Positions 1-10,800 of a stretch of DNA of 64,000 nt are shown piece after piece; the first letter of the stretch is position 1; each line of letters opens with the position of its first letter. The notes beneath the pieces were generated by a model that was given only the letters and a program-made list of their open reading frames with translations, made no database searches and was not told where the DNA came from. Location: contig CM055977.1 of NCBI GenBank assembly GCA_029531755.1, forward strand, positions 30,366,229 to 30,430,228, written 5' to 3'. Origin of the DNA: Holothuria leucospilota (taxonomy: Eukaryota). A program made the translations under genes and the position numbers.

Positions 1-2149
1 AAGACCGATCGCTGAACGCAGCACGATGTGGGGACAACTTTTTTCTTTGTAGAAATTCCGATTTATTAATTCCATTTTTCCAATGCTGTTTGAAAAAAAA
101 ACACTTTGGTACAACTGGATTAACTAGAAGAAATTGCCGATTTTACTGATAAGGTCGTTCTATATCCTCGTAGTAAAACAGCTTATTTCAACACTTATGC
201 GATGCTGCAAATCGTCCCAAGAATTAGGTTTGGCATCTGTTGGGAGTGGCCCAGCTTTCCCCCACCCCACCCGTTCTCAGTAACCGTACAAGTTTTTGTG
301 TTGGATGGGGCCTCTTTGTAGCAGTTGCCCCAAAAATGTACAATCCAGTGTTCCCATAATTTCTAGTTTGCAGAAAATTCTCTTACCTCGGAGAGCATAT
401 GAAAAGTAGTAGGCTAAGCCGTCCATTCTTTGAATATATCCTATTATTTCCTAGTTGGTGAAACGAGTGACGCTTTCCTCTCGTATATTTATTTGTCTTG
501 AGAGCATATAAAAAAGCGATGTCTGTGTCTTTTAAACGGCCATAGATGAAATATTCCATACCTTTACGTTCAAAGAACGGCAAATAATTTTCAGTAGCAA
601 TACGGTGCCGCATGACCCTTTAATAGATAATCAGTAGACTTGCATTTTAATGAAACTAAAACCCACTGCATTGTCTTATTTTTCAGCCCATCGTTCGTTG
701 TACTACGTATCTTTCATTTGATAGCCCCATGCAGCACACATATTCGCTTTACCTTCCTGGCTAGCTCGCTGCTACATAGCAAATGTAGACCACAGATACA
801 GTAATGCATTAGTGTGTTAAATTCCATGAGAAAACCTTCGCAGTTCGACTCAAGAATTTCCCAGGCACCTTGCAAGGGCCCCAGCTTATTTGCATACAAC
901 GTTCTGTACATTCCTTTGCTAGTGACATCATTGGACTATCAGCTATTTTTCACGGATTAACCCGTGTACAATTTCCATTGGCTGCTACCAATCCACGTGA
1001 AGGTTTACCGTAAACGAACAACTGCTAAATCCCGCCCTACTGGGCAACACCCACCTCTTGAAAACATACAGCACTCAGTACTGTCGCTTCCGCGTGTAGG
1101 CCTGATAGTCGTGTAATGTACAGTAGATAACCTAACGAAGTAAATTTCACATGGGTATCGTGTCGCTCTACGTGCGTTGCGAACATGCTGTCATAGCCTG
1201 GCCAAAATTCAGTATGCAGATTTTCAGCAAAATCAACCTTTACAAGCTAAATTTTGTACCTTATCTTATTCATGGGTGTAGAAGAAGTCCGATCTTGTGA
1301 AAAGTTTTCGGTAAGAGTTTAGTATCGAGCGAAATATCGCTTATATTTGAAAAACAAGATGGTGCCGTCTGCAAAAGTTTGAAAAACATCCGGAGAGATG
1401 TGTGACGTCACGTAACTGTTAAGACCAACCAAATGGGCTACGACTTCCAAAAAAGGTTACGCAAAAATGGGCGGTGGCCCTTATGAATGAATGAGTATCA
1501 AAACCCACAGCGGCGATTGGATATTCCACGTAATTAAGGCAGCTAGCTGCATTTGATTTTCCCAAGGTATTTGAGGTGGCTCACATAATAATAACGTGAA
1601 ACGTGGCAGGGCCCTATGTACATATTAGCGCGGTGCAGTTTTAGGCCCACGCAAATATGCGTAGGCTATACAGCGTGTGACAGTACTAAATGACAATGTT
1701 ATACGGTTCCCCAAGGGCCGTGTTAAAATTCGGGATCGTGTTAGCTGGTGAATTTTACCGAGATCTGGGCAAAGAATGATAGGGGGATGTACTGTCTTAC
1801 ATTCTGACATTTCCATCTTCATTCTCTCCCACTGAATGGACTATAATTGGATTAATTTTTGTCTATTAAGGAATCGGACTTCAACGGTTTTACCCTTGTA
1901 GGTAAGATTTGAAATTTTAGCAATTGCTTACTAGAGGGTACATATTCTATGTGAATGAAAAATAAAATGCGGCAAGGCCTTTGTATTGTACCGGAACATC
2001 GGAGGATGCAGGAAGTAAGCTGTGATACTATTGCAATGGCATTCTCCCTGATTATTTTTTTGGTAGAAAACAGAATGGTTCAATTTTATGGACTTGGCGG
2101 CCCTCCCTTTGTCTTCCTTTGCATATGAAAGACACAAAAAGTTTCAGGA

Positions 2150-3060
2150 CTTCAGGCTAACAGATATAATTTTCAAAGGTCACGCAATTGATTTTTTTTT
2201 TTGGAATGTGCAAAAAAAAAAAAAAAAAAAATCGAAGGTTTGAAAAAAAAATTGTTCCGTTACGGGAAGGATTCGCAAACGCGCAACAATATTTCCAAAC
2301 ATGTGGGAATATGTACGAAAAGATTTGGAACGTTCAACCAAATCTTTTTCTTTCCAAACTTACGAAATGTATTCATAATTGCAAAGAGAAATTCGAAAGA
2401 AAATTGCGGCCCTCCTTTTTTCCATACTCATGAAGTTTCAGACTAGAACGCGGGTCCCACTACAGTGATTTCGGATAGGATTATGTCCCGATTTTCATGA
2501 GTTTTAGTTAAAATCTTCTCCATCTCTGGTCAGAAACCGCCAAAAATCTGCCAACCTGTGTAAATGCATGATATCAGAGGACTACGAAAATGAAATGTAA
2601 ACTAATTATTTCATGACGTCACATCGACAAACAACTTTTATCGGAGTACAAAACTCGGGCTGATTTTCAAGTCAATATCGCTCTATTGAGCGATTTAAGT
2701 TATTTGGTGATAGGAGAACAGTTTACCGTGACAAAAACTCAGTTACGGAAAGAACTTGCAAACGCACAAGAATTTTTCCGAACGCAATGTTTTTGACGGA
2801 AGGTACGAAACTTTGGGAACGTTCTAGGTATTTCTTTCTAAACTTACGAAATTTATTAATCATTGCAAAGGGAAATTCAAAGTAAACTGCGGCCCTTCCC
2901 TTTACTTTACTTTGTATATATAAAAGACTCATGAAGTTTCACGCTAAATAATATAATTTTCAAAGGTCATGTTATTGACAATTTTTCGGAACGTTCGAAA
3001 ACTTTTTCGAACTTCAAAAAAAAAAATCGTTCCAACACGGAAAGCGTTCGGGGGGATTTG
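2150..3060. repeat. Two permuted copies of a roughly 280-bp repeat (2150-2450 and 2740-3060)
   Basis: Shared blocks include 'taattttcaaaggtca(c/t)g..attga', 'ttccgttacgggaag.a.tcgcaaacgc.caa.aat.tttcc.aac', 'aaacttacgaaat.tatt.ataattgcaaag.gaaattc.aag.aaa.tgcggccct.cc' and 'actcatgaagtttca'. The blocks appear in circularly permuted order. Confidence 0.6.
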
Positions 3061-5654
3061 CGGATGGTCGCAAGCGTATACGTACTGTATTCAATCAGAA
3101 AGTACGATTGTGTGCAGGCAGGCTTTCACAGGAAATTGATAATTGCTTTTCCCCACAAGAGAAGATTTCTTGCTACAGCGAATTACGGACACACAATGGG
3201 ACTTCTGTTAACACTGGCACAAAGGCACCTCGGTTTACCGGGTTGCCGATAATCCCCATTGAAAGAGCGAGGTACCTAGCGGTTCTATTGTACACTGAAT
3301 AGACCGGAGCGTGACCGAAGCGAACACGCACACTTATTCTTGGCGTATCTGTAGGTGGCACAGTTTTACTACCTGTAAGTTAAAAGCTATGTTAAATACT
3401 ATAGTTCAGCTAAAAATGACAACATATCAAGTTTAGGAAGTAGTAGTATTTTAACTGCAAAGGTTCACTATGTAACATATTTCCGTGACACCAAAGTAGC
3501 CTGTCAAAATGCAAAATGGCTATGTTTTTCTTTTCTGTACAATTGCTTTTGTCCAAACCTATATATGCATTAAACAATTGCACAGGCTTCAATCAACCAC
3601 TAAAACAAGAAAGATTTAGTTTTTACTGTAGGTATTTTTGGAAAATAAGATACTGAACTTTCACACTGTAACGGTAACACCAAATGTTACACGTGGAACC
3701 TCTCTTTCGTCGAATCCCAGGACAGAGAAAAATGTCAGTTTCTCATAAAATATGAGTTTCAAGGGTACAATTGATACCTCATCAACCATTTAAGTTAAAA
3801 TAACTGAGCAAGATAAGTGTAAAAATAAGGGAAAATCTAATTCCTGCTATGGTAGTTTAAATGTCGCACTTTTTGTCCCCAAAATTGCTTAATTTTAGCC
3901 AATTTTTTCATCAAAATTGGGAGGATTCACTACAATGATACTTATTTTTTGGAAGATATGCACTTACATAAATAGTGAGGACAAAATGAAAGCATAGCAA
4001 AGACCATGTGGATTAAAATAGCAAGACAGTTGCCTTTAAAAGCATATTTTACCATTGGTACCCTAATTTAAATAATCACCCATTTACACAACTGCCCGCC
4101 TGAAATCTTACAGTATGTGTACCAATAGCGTGAAGCCCCTTTCTGGGATTGCATTCTTCGAAACTTATCAAATTATAAATTGAGTCTCTTCCATATTCAT
4201 TACAAAGACCACGTCTTTCATGCAGTGTTGGAATAACCTCACAAAATTATGTTATTAAGATATCGGTGAACACACTGTTATATGTTTCACGCTATTGATA
4301 CACATACTGTAGGTGGGCAACTAATTGCCCGCCTAGAAGCACAACATCTCAAGTAAGGCGGGCAGTTGCTTGCCCTCCTGAAAAATTTTCATGACCAGCC
4401 CTGCTCTGAGTCCTGCCTGGAACTTGCTTTGCAAGTTTTAAGGGTTTTAAAGGCCTCATAAACCTCAGTAAGAGTGTAAAATAGGCCAAGTTTTGTGCTT
4501 CATCTGGAGAAGTGTCTTACCTTTTAAGTATGTATAGGCCTAGTGCACATCCTACATCTAACTTATGACATGTACTATATGGCCTAAATGTTGCGAACGC
4601 CTGTGCTTCACCAGCATACCTACATTAGCCTACAGCAGTTTATAACACTAGACAGTGGACTACCGAGTACCGTTTTTGTCTCATAGTTACATAGCCTAGG
4701 CCTAACTTTCGCGGGAACGTTTAATACGATAGGATAGGTATAAAAGCACATACGATAGGATAGGTATAAAAGCACGTCTCCTTTGTCGAACTCAAAGTGC
4801 TTATTGCGGTATAAACCTTGAACAAGATGCATCAAGCTCATTATATTTGATGTTAAGGCAACGCTTTCAAACAATTTTGGTCTTTTTCTTCAAAGAAAAT
4901 CTCACCTGAACTCACCACAAACGACAAAATTACACCTGTTTCCCGTCCGGTAGGCTTTCAAAACAACCTCCAAGTCTTATGCCTGTTACATATGGTGGCG
5001 CTATGCAACTACGCACAATTAACCGAGACCTTATGCGTCAGTACGTACGTACCTAGATGCATGATGCATGTTGATGTAATTTGTAAACAAGTAAAGGGCT
5101 TTGAAAACAACATCGAGGAACCCAGGCTGCCAGATCCATACATACCTGAATGTGACTTGATTAGTATTCAGACTGCGTCAAGTCCGGTCATCCATATTTT
5201 GAAGCCAAAGAACTAGAAGAATCAATTTCTTGCAAAATGCACGACTTAGTTGACGTTGGACCACTACAATTTGTCCATGTTTTGGATATGGTACGTTGTT
5301 AAAGTTAGGTTATAGTACAGCCTATTGGCATTGCATTTGCAGTGACCAAGCAAACATGGGTGTAACTCGATCAACTGTGTAAGCCTCTGCTAGAACTAGG
5401 CCTAATTGCTATAAATATAGTTTCGTTCCCAATACAACTAGGGACTGGATCAACCTCCCTAACAGTCTTATCGAGGGGGCTATTAGTCACCCTTAACCAG
5501 TGGAATTTATTACAAATTCTCTGAGGGTTTGACTGACCACTGCGCCGTACGTGGTGGTAATGTCCTAACTGGATGTCTCACCATTATCCAAAAGAAAGAA
5601 AAGAATGTTAGGCCTAGGCTTGAGTCTTACTGTATAAGCAGTTGGTAAGACCCC

Positions 5655-5800
5655 TCGACGGGTTACGGTCGTTTCGCCCCCTTGCCAGTTCGCCCCCAAC
5701 CAGTTCTCCCCCAAGAAACCAGTTCGCCCCCAAGCGATGACCAGTTCGCCCCCAAAGACCAACCAGTTTGCCCCCAAGTGCTGACCAGTTCACCCCCTAA
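5655..5800. repeat. MULE left TIR (CCAGTTCGCCCCC 13-mer repeats)
   Basis: About eight copies of (a/g)ccagtt(c/t)(g/t)ccccc. Reverse-complementary to 10139-10260. Confidence 0.75.
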
Positions 5801-5899
5801 TTTTTTACCCTCAAAATTTCGACCTATGCAATATTCCAAATGCAAAGGCTCATACATACGCCTTTTTTACGTGAAATTACCAATATTGTGTGCTGTACA

Positions 5900-6600
5900 T
5901 CAACTCTCTTTTTTTGAGTCTAATTTTTCATTTTTTGTTTTTCGTCCTTTGCTCTTAAACTTGCGGCAAAGGCTCATGCAGCATTTATTTTTTATTTTTT
6001 TTTTCATTTTATTTTGCGTTCGTATTTCCCAAAAAGAACGTTTTTTTTTAAATTAACTCTCTTTTTTGGAGCTAATTTTTCATTTTTTTTTTTTTGCGTC
6101 CTTTGCACTTAACTCACGGCAAAGGCTCATATATCATGTATTTTTCTTTTTTTTTCATTTTATTTTGCGTTCATATTTCCCAAAAAGAACGCTTTTTTTT
6201 AAATTAACTGTCTTTTTTGGAGCTAATTTTTCATTTTTTTTTTTTTGCGTCCTCTGCACTTAACTTACGGCAAAGGCTCATATATCATTTTTCTTTTTTT
6301 TTTCATTTTATTTTGCGTTCATATTTCCCAAAAGAACGCTTTTTTTTTAAATTAACTCTCTTTTTTGGAGCTAATTTTTCATTTTTTTTTTTGCGTCCTT
6401 TGCACTTAACTTATGGCAAAGGCTCATGTATCATGAATTTTTCTTTTTTTTTTTCATTTTATTTTGCGTTCATATTTCCCAAAAGGCCGTTTTTTTTTTC
6501 AATTAACTTTCTTTTATGGAGCTAATTTTCCCTTTTTTTTGGTGGGGGGGGGGGGTCCTTTTGCTCATATAGCATGTCCTTTTTTTTTCATTTTGCGTAC
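5900..6600. repeat. 151-bp T-rich subterminal tandem repeat inside the MULE (about 4.5 copies)
   Basis: The unit 'ctcttttttggagctaatttttcattttttttttgcgtcctttgcacttaacttacggcaaaggctcatatatcat...gttcatatttcccaaaaagaacgctttttttaaattaact' recurs at about 5905, 6058, 6209, 6357 and 6508. The identical ORF starts at 6066 and 6217 give a period of 151 bp. Confidence 0.85.
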
Positions 6601-7620
6601 ATGTTTCCATAGAGGGCCATATCTGCTGAACCCATATTTCAGGGCCTTCTCCACGTCAGTGTACGCACTAAGGAATTGAAACTGTGCAGGAATTCCCTCT
6701 CTAAAAATTTTTTTGTGCGGGATTTTCAAAATCAAGGCGGGACCTTATCCCTCCCATAAATTCTTCTTGAGCGGGATTTCCGTCGCCATCGCAAAACTAC
6801 TCCCCACGCAAGAGGTACTACTTGCTGTTAACGGCAGTTAATGCGTGTCACTAACGTTAGTGCTTCTCTCCAAGTTCAAAGCCTCCTCCAATACAGCTCC
6901 AATTCGTCACTGGGTGTTTTCCTTCTGAAGAATGAGTGAGTATAAATCCGTGAACTTGAAGTTGAAGTGGAAAATATGAGTGAACTTCATTGGAGATACA
7001 CATACGATCAGAAATTAACGAGAGCAATGTACGACGTAAAATGAAGAAAGTACATACTGTACATATTCAATACAATTACACATGTAAGACTCCACAGTGC
7101 ACTACAGCTCTACAGGTGTGTAACCAAACGTACTGTACACGATGCAACGTTGCGTTTGCAACCCTGGGACTGTGATTGAATTTCAATCCAATCAGATTCG
7201 CTCTTATTTATACAACCAGCAGCCAGCATATAAGAGCTGCACTGTGAATGGCTAGATTACGATGATATTTCTTGCTACCATAATCAGTGTTCAGCTTGGG
7301 ACTTGCGATCCGCTTGCTTGGGAACGATTCTATATTGCAATTTATTGTGCGTATTATCATTGCAATTTCTCTGTACAATCACAGCTGCAGAGAAGTGCGA
7401 TGGAATTTTGGCTAGATTCAGAACATCAGCTGCCCGCTTATGATTTATTTATGTGCGGGAGCGGAGAAGGTGTGCGGGATTTTCCTGCATTAGATTTAAT
7501 TGCGGGATTTGAAAGACAAAAGCGGGATTCCCGCAATCCCGCGCCTTAGTGCGAACACTGCTCCACGTCATGTTCACCCATGTTTCAGGGCCATATCTGC
7601 TGATTCTTTTACCCGAGAGA

Positions 7621-8076
7621 TCAAACAATTGCCGGACCGTTGATGTAAGCACAAGCCTTCAGCAGTTGCTTTGCAGTCAACTCATTGGTGTTGAACTTCT
7701 CCCAAATGTCGAAAACCCTTCCCTGCAGTTCTCTGTACTTCCTTTTCTGGATTCGTCGAAGTTTACGATCATACAGGAGCCGCACTTGGATCGAAGTCAG
7801 TCTGGCCTCCTTGTGCAGCAGGTCAATGAGCAGATAGAACGGCAGCTGGCATCTCCCGTTGGCATGACGATTCAATCTATTATGCCATCCCTCTACATCG
7901 TTGTTGGTCCTTACAGACTGCATGAAAACACTCCAAGCTGATGGTGGCCACGGTCCGTTGATCCAAGTGTTCTCAATATAGTTCACTACCCCCTTTATTG
8001 CATCTGATTCTGCCAACCGCTTCAGGTAGTGGAACATCTCTGGGATGAACTCGTGTGGCAGGAACGGTAACGCCAT
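7621..8076 (-). pseudogene. MULE transposase C-terminal segment, separated from the core by a frame break
   Basis: The ORF contains the C-terminal MULE motif RTNNDVEGWHNRLNRHA. The core ORF ends at 8125 and this one opens at 8076, so there is a frameshift or short intron. Together with the PHD segment being out of frame, this suggests a decaying copy. Confidence 0.55.
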
Positions 8077-8124
8077 AAGCCTCCTAATGTACTTATGGGT
8101 GTCGTTATCTGTTGTGTAGGCGAC

Positions 8125-9051
8125 CTATAACCCATGGTTCTGCACGTTATGCCATACTGCCTGCGTCCAGTGGAACACGCACCCTTGCAGTGTTACATCG
8201 GGGAAAACTCTTTGAAACTCCGTCCACATGGCCCTTTCAAAGTCCATCGTCACTTGTTGAACTCGTCGGTCTGGTACAAGGCTTTGCAACTCCTTCAATA
8301 CCTTTCTATAATCCTTCTTCTTCTTGCCAGACATCAAGATGAACAGAAGAGGCACTTGTTTACAGCTTTCACCCTCCTTGATGAATGCGTTGACAGAGAA
8401 CAGTTGGGTGAACGGTGGTCTGCATAGCTTGAACGTGGCATCGACGTACCACACCTTGGCTTTGCCCAGCAGATTGAGCTGCTTGTCTGTTGCAAACAGT
8501 ATGTGCTGGTTCTCTCCTACTGCAATATCAGCCCGTAGGAATCCAGTAGGTATATGCCTCTCATCAATATCAAATGCTAGATCAACTGGATCAGTCGGTC
8601 TCATCTGCTGCCGTACTCTGTTTGCTGCTCGTGCAAGGTGGTCTGGTTTAATAGGCATCGAAGGGCAAGGTGCATCTGTCATCTCGCCGAGCAAAACTTC
8701 ATTCACAATAGCTGCCGATGACTTGAAGAGGTGTTCCTTTGCCCTTTCTTTCACTGATGCACGGACTTTCACCACTGTTGCTGATCCTGGATGGGTTGGA
8801 TGACTGTGGCGTTGGTGCCCTGCTGTAAATTCGAATCGCTGGTGCTGTACAACTGTGGCAGGACATCTACTGCTCTTCTGACGTACAGTGCACTGCCAGT
8901 CTGTTGCATTGGTCCATCTTCTCTTCACATTGAGTGTGTAACCACGGTTGTCAACTAGTAGTTCTCTGCCTCTTTTAGTTCCGGATGCCACCACCTCATA
9001 GGTGACCGTTGATGTTGTTCTTGGTTGTGGATTGACTGCCTCCTCTGCCAA
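8125..9051 (-). CDS. MULE transposase core: FLYWCH zinc finger plus MULE DDE domain (308 aa ORF)
   Basis: FLYWCH signature: ELLVDNRGYTLNVKRRWTNATDWQCTVRQKSSRCPATV...HQRHSHP. MULE catalytic-domain motifs: WYVDATFKLCRPPF, PLLFILMSGKKKKDYRKVLKEL, VTMDFERAMWTEFQRVFPDVTLQGCVFHWTQAVWHNVQ. Confidence 0.8.
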   Translation of the reverse strand: MAEEAVNPQPRTTSTVTYEVVASGTKRGRELLVDNRGYTLNVKRRWTNATDWQCTVRQKSSRCPATVVQHQRFEFTAGHQRHSHPTHPGSATVVKVRASVKERAKEHLFKSSAAIVNEVLLGEMTDAPCPSMPIKPDHLARAANRVRQQMRPTDPVDLAFDIDERHIPTGFLRADIAVGENQHILFATDKQLNLLGKAKVWYVDATFKLCRPPFTQLFSVNAFIKEGESCKQVPLLFILMSGKKKKDYRKVLKELQSLVPDRRVQQVTMDFERAMWTEFQRVFPDVTLQGCVFHWTQAVWHNVQNHGL

Positions 9052-9150
9052 TTAGGACTCGTTGATAGGTTGAGGAATGTCGTACTCCTCTGGTTCAGCA
9101 TCCACCTTGGTGCATTCAGCAACCGGCTCTCCTTCCTCCACTGCCTTGCT

Positions 9151-9405
9151 CTAGCACCAGATGCAGGCCCACTCGATGACTCCCTCTTCCTCCACTGCTC
9201 CAGCATACTCTTCTTCAGTGACCCCGGTGTTGCATCCCAGATGTTGCCACCGGGAACAGCCGTCACACTGTATAGCCTTTTCTTCTTCTTGCACAGTGCC
9301 TGAACAATGAATGCAGTATTCAGTTGCCATTCTCAAGTTGTAGTTGTAAGTGATATATTCCAAATATAATCCTTTGGTTGAACGTCGATAACTGACATAA
9401 CTCAC
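9151..9405 (-). CDS. MULE transposase N-terminal segment with PHD-type zinc finger
   Basis: ORF CIHCSGTVQEEEKAIQCDGCSRWQHLGCNTGVTEEEY...IEWACIWC shows a C4HC3 spacing typical of PHD fingers. It is in a different frame from the downstream segment, so either an intron or a frameshift separates them. Confidence 0.5.
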   Translation of the reverse strand: MSYVSYRRSTKGLYLEYITYNYNLRMATEYCIHCSGTVQEEEKAIQCDGCSRWQHLGCNTGVTEEEYAGAVEEEGVIEWACIWC

Positions 9406-10138
9406 TAATTTTGCAAGAGATATAAATTGTTGAGTATGGACATGAAAGAGAATACCTTGATAACTTTGATAATCAATGTGAGTTCATTTGGTGTGCTAGC
9501 TTGGGTTACAAATTGTCCCAAATATGCACTTTCTTCGTAAGGAAATTAAATTGCAAAAAGGGTAGTAACAACTTGTATCACATTAAGTACATTCATTTCT
9601 TTTTAAAACAAAAAACATGAACGATTATGATGCAAATATCGAAATTACACAATAAAATTAGCTGAAATAAGTTGTAGTGCCTTATTCATTCGGACGTGCC
9701 AGAGAATACCCCGTCAACTTGACACCTGATTGGTTGTTAGTATAGTTGATTGCACATCTGAGTATGGTCAAAAGTATATTCTGTATGTGCTAGTTTGTGT
9801 CGGAATTTTACCAAATATAATACCCTGTCATTCTTAAAATTTAAAGGAAAACAATTTTTCAATATACAAATATCATGACAAGTGTATTTGAGCAAGTTGG
9901 AAACGATATAACGAACAACACTTGATGTAAATAGTGAGAAATCATTAAACTTTCACCTAGCACAGAGATGTGTTACTGAGTTCGTATATTAAATTCTGGC
10001 CTAATAGATGGCGGTATTTCAGTTTAAGTAAGACCTGCAATCGTTTCCGTTTCCATAACTGTATCCCTTTCCGTTACTGCTGTCGTTAAAAAAGGTTTTC
10101 GAAAAAACAATATCAACTTAAAAACTGCAACTAAGACC

Positions 10139-10260
10139 GAGGGGGCGAACTGGTAGGTACTTGGGGGCGAAACGATTTCCAGTTTCTGGCAAACTGGCAA
10201 GGGGGCGAACTGGTTGGGGGCGAACTGGCAAGGGGGCGAAACAACTGGGTACCACCTCGA
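10139..10260. repeat. MULE right TIR (GGGGGCGAACTGG repeats)
   Basis: Reverse complement of the left TIR. 'gggggcgaactgg' occurs four times and 'gggggcgaaac' twice. Confidence 0.75.
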
Positions 10261-10261
10261 C

Positions 10262-10800
10262 TATGCAGCCCAGGCTTGGAGTACGTCCCTTCTATGAAAA
10301 GGACAAGTTTCTTTTAGAGCAGGTTCAGAGGAGAGCTACTCGCCTTATACCCGAGGTGAAACACCTACCTTATCATGTTAGACTTAAGCATCTTGGGCAT
10401 ACCACCCTGGAGTTGAGAGAGATTAGGGGGGACATGCTTCAGGTGTACAAATTTCTCTCTGAAAGGAATCCTTTGTCATCTTGCAATTATTTAAAGGTTC
10501 AAAGTAATTCTCAGGTTCGAGGCTATTGTAAAAAGCTAGTTAAGTGTTTTGCAAGGCTGGACATTAGGAAGTTCAGCTTCTCTCATAGAGTTGTTAACGA
10601 GTGGAATAGTCTGCCTGAGTGGGTAGTTAACTCCACATCTGTGCACTGCTTTAAGGTTAACAAGTTCAGCTTCCATAACTGTGGTCGAATCTAATTGGAC
10701 TGGGCTCGTTTGGTGTTGGTTGGTCGTTTATTTTCAGTTAAGGTTGTATGGACTTCAGGGCATCTTATGGGGCCTTAGCCCTCCTTTGCCCTTTAACCAG
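10262..10800 (+). mobile_element. 3' fragment of a non-LTR retrotransposon (CR1/L2-like LINE ORF2 tail)
   Basis: ORF 10161-10694 reads PFYEKDKFLLEQVQRRATRLIPEVKHLPYHVRLKHLGHTTLELREIRGDMLQVYKFL...FSHRVVNEWNSLPEWVVNSTSVHCFKVNKF. This is the characteristic C-terminal tail of CR1/L2/Jockey-type reverse-transcriptase ORF2 ('SYEERLKxLGLxSLExRRxRGDLIxxYK...RVVxxWNxLP...FKxxLD'). The ORF's ATG lies inside the MULE TIR and is not part of the LINE. Confidence 0.7.

Larger units (their letters stand above)
5655..10260 (-). mobile_element. Mutator-like (MULE) DNA transposon, about 4.6 kb, with long TIRs and PHD + FLYWCH + MULE transposase
   Basis: Imperfect TIRs of about 130-150 bp at 5655-5800 and 10139-10260. 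Both are built from tandem 13-mers 'CCAGTTCGCCCCC' (left) / 'GGGGGCGAACTGG' (right), and both share 'tcga.gg..tac...gtttcgcccccttgccagttcgcccccaaccagttc'. Between them, on the - strand, lie transposase ORFs carrying MULE DDE-domain motifs. Confidence 0.8.

Noticed and set aside
3058-3361. Overlapping small ORFs and a GC-richer patch that I checked for snRNA or 5S similarity
   Set aside because: No match to the U1, U2, U6 or 5S consensus sequences I could recall, and no box A/B or PSE-like arrangement. Left unannotated.
6541-6556. G13-G16 homopolymer runs (also at 63225-63240) as possible G-quadruplex or sequencing artefact
   Set aside because: Homopolymers at repeat junctions are probably polymerase-slippage tracts or assembly artefacts. 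No further structure noted.
5682-6679. Chain of + strand ORFs (124, 65, 102 and 71 aa) rich in F, L and S
   Set aside because: These are translations of the T-rich 151-bp tandem repeat inside the MULE. The near-identical ORFs at 6066 and 6217 are simply repeat copies, and the sequence is low-complexity with no domain.
10161-10694. 177-aa + strand ORF starting MGAKRFPVSGKLARGRTGWGRTGKGAKQ
   Set aside because: The first roughly 35 codons are a read-through of the MULE right TIR (GGGGGCGAACTGG repeats). Only the remainder is meaningful, as a LINE ORF2 C-terminal fragment. It is not an intact gene.
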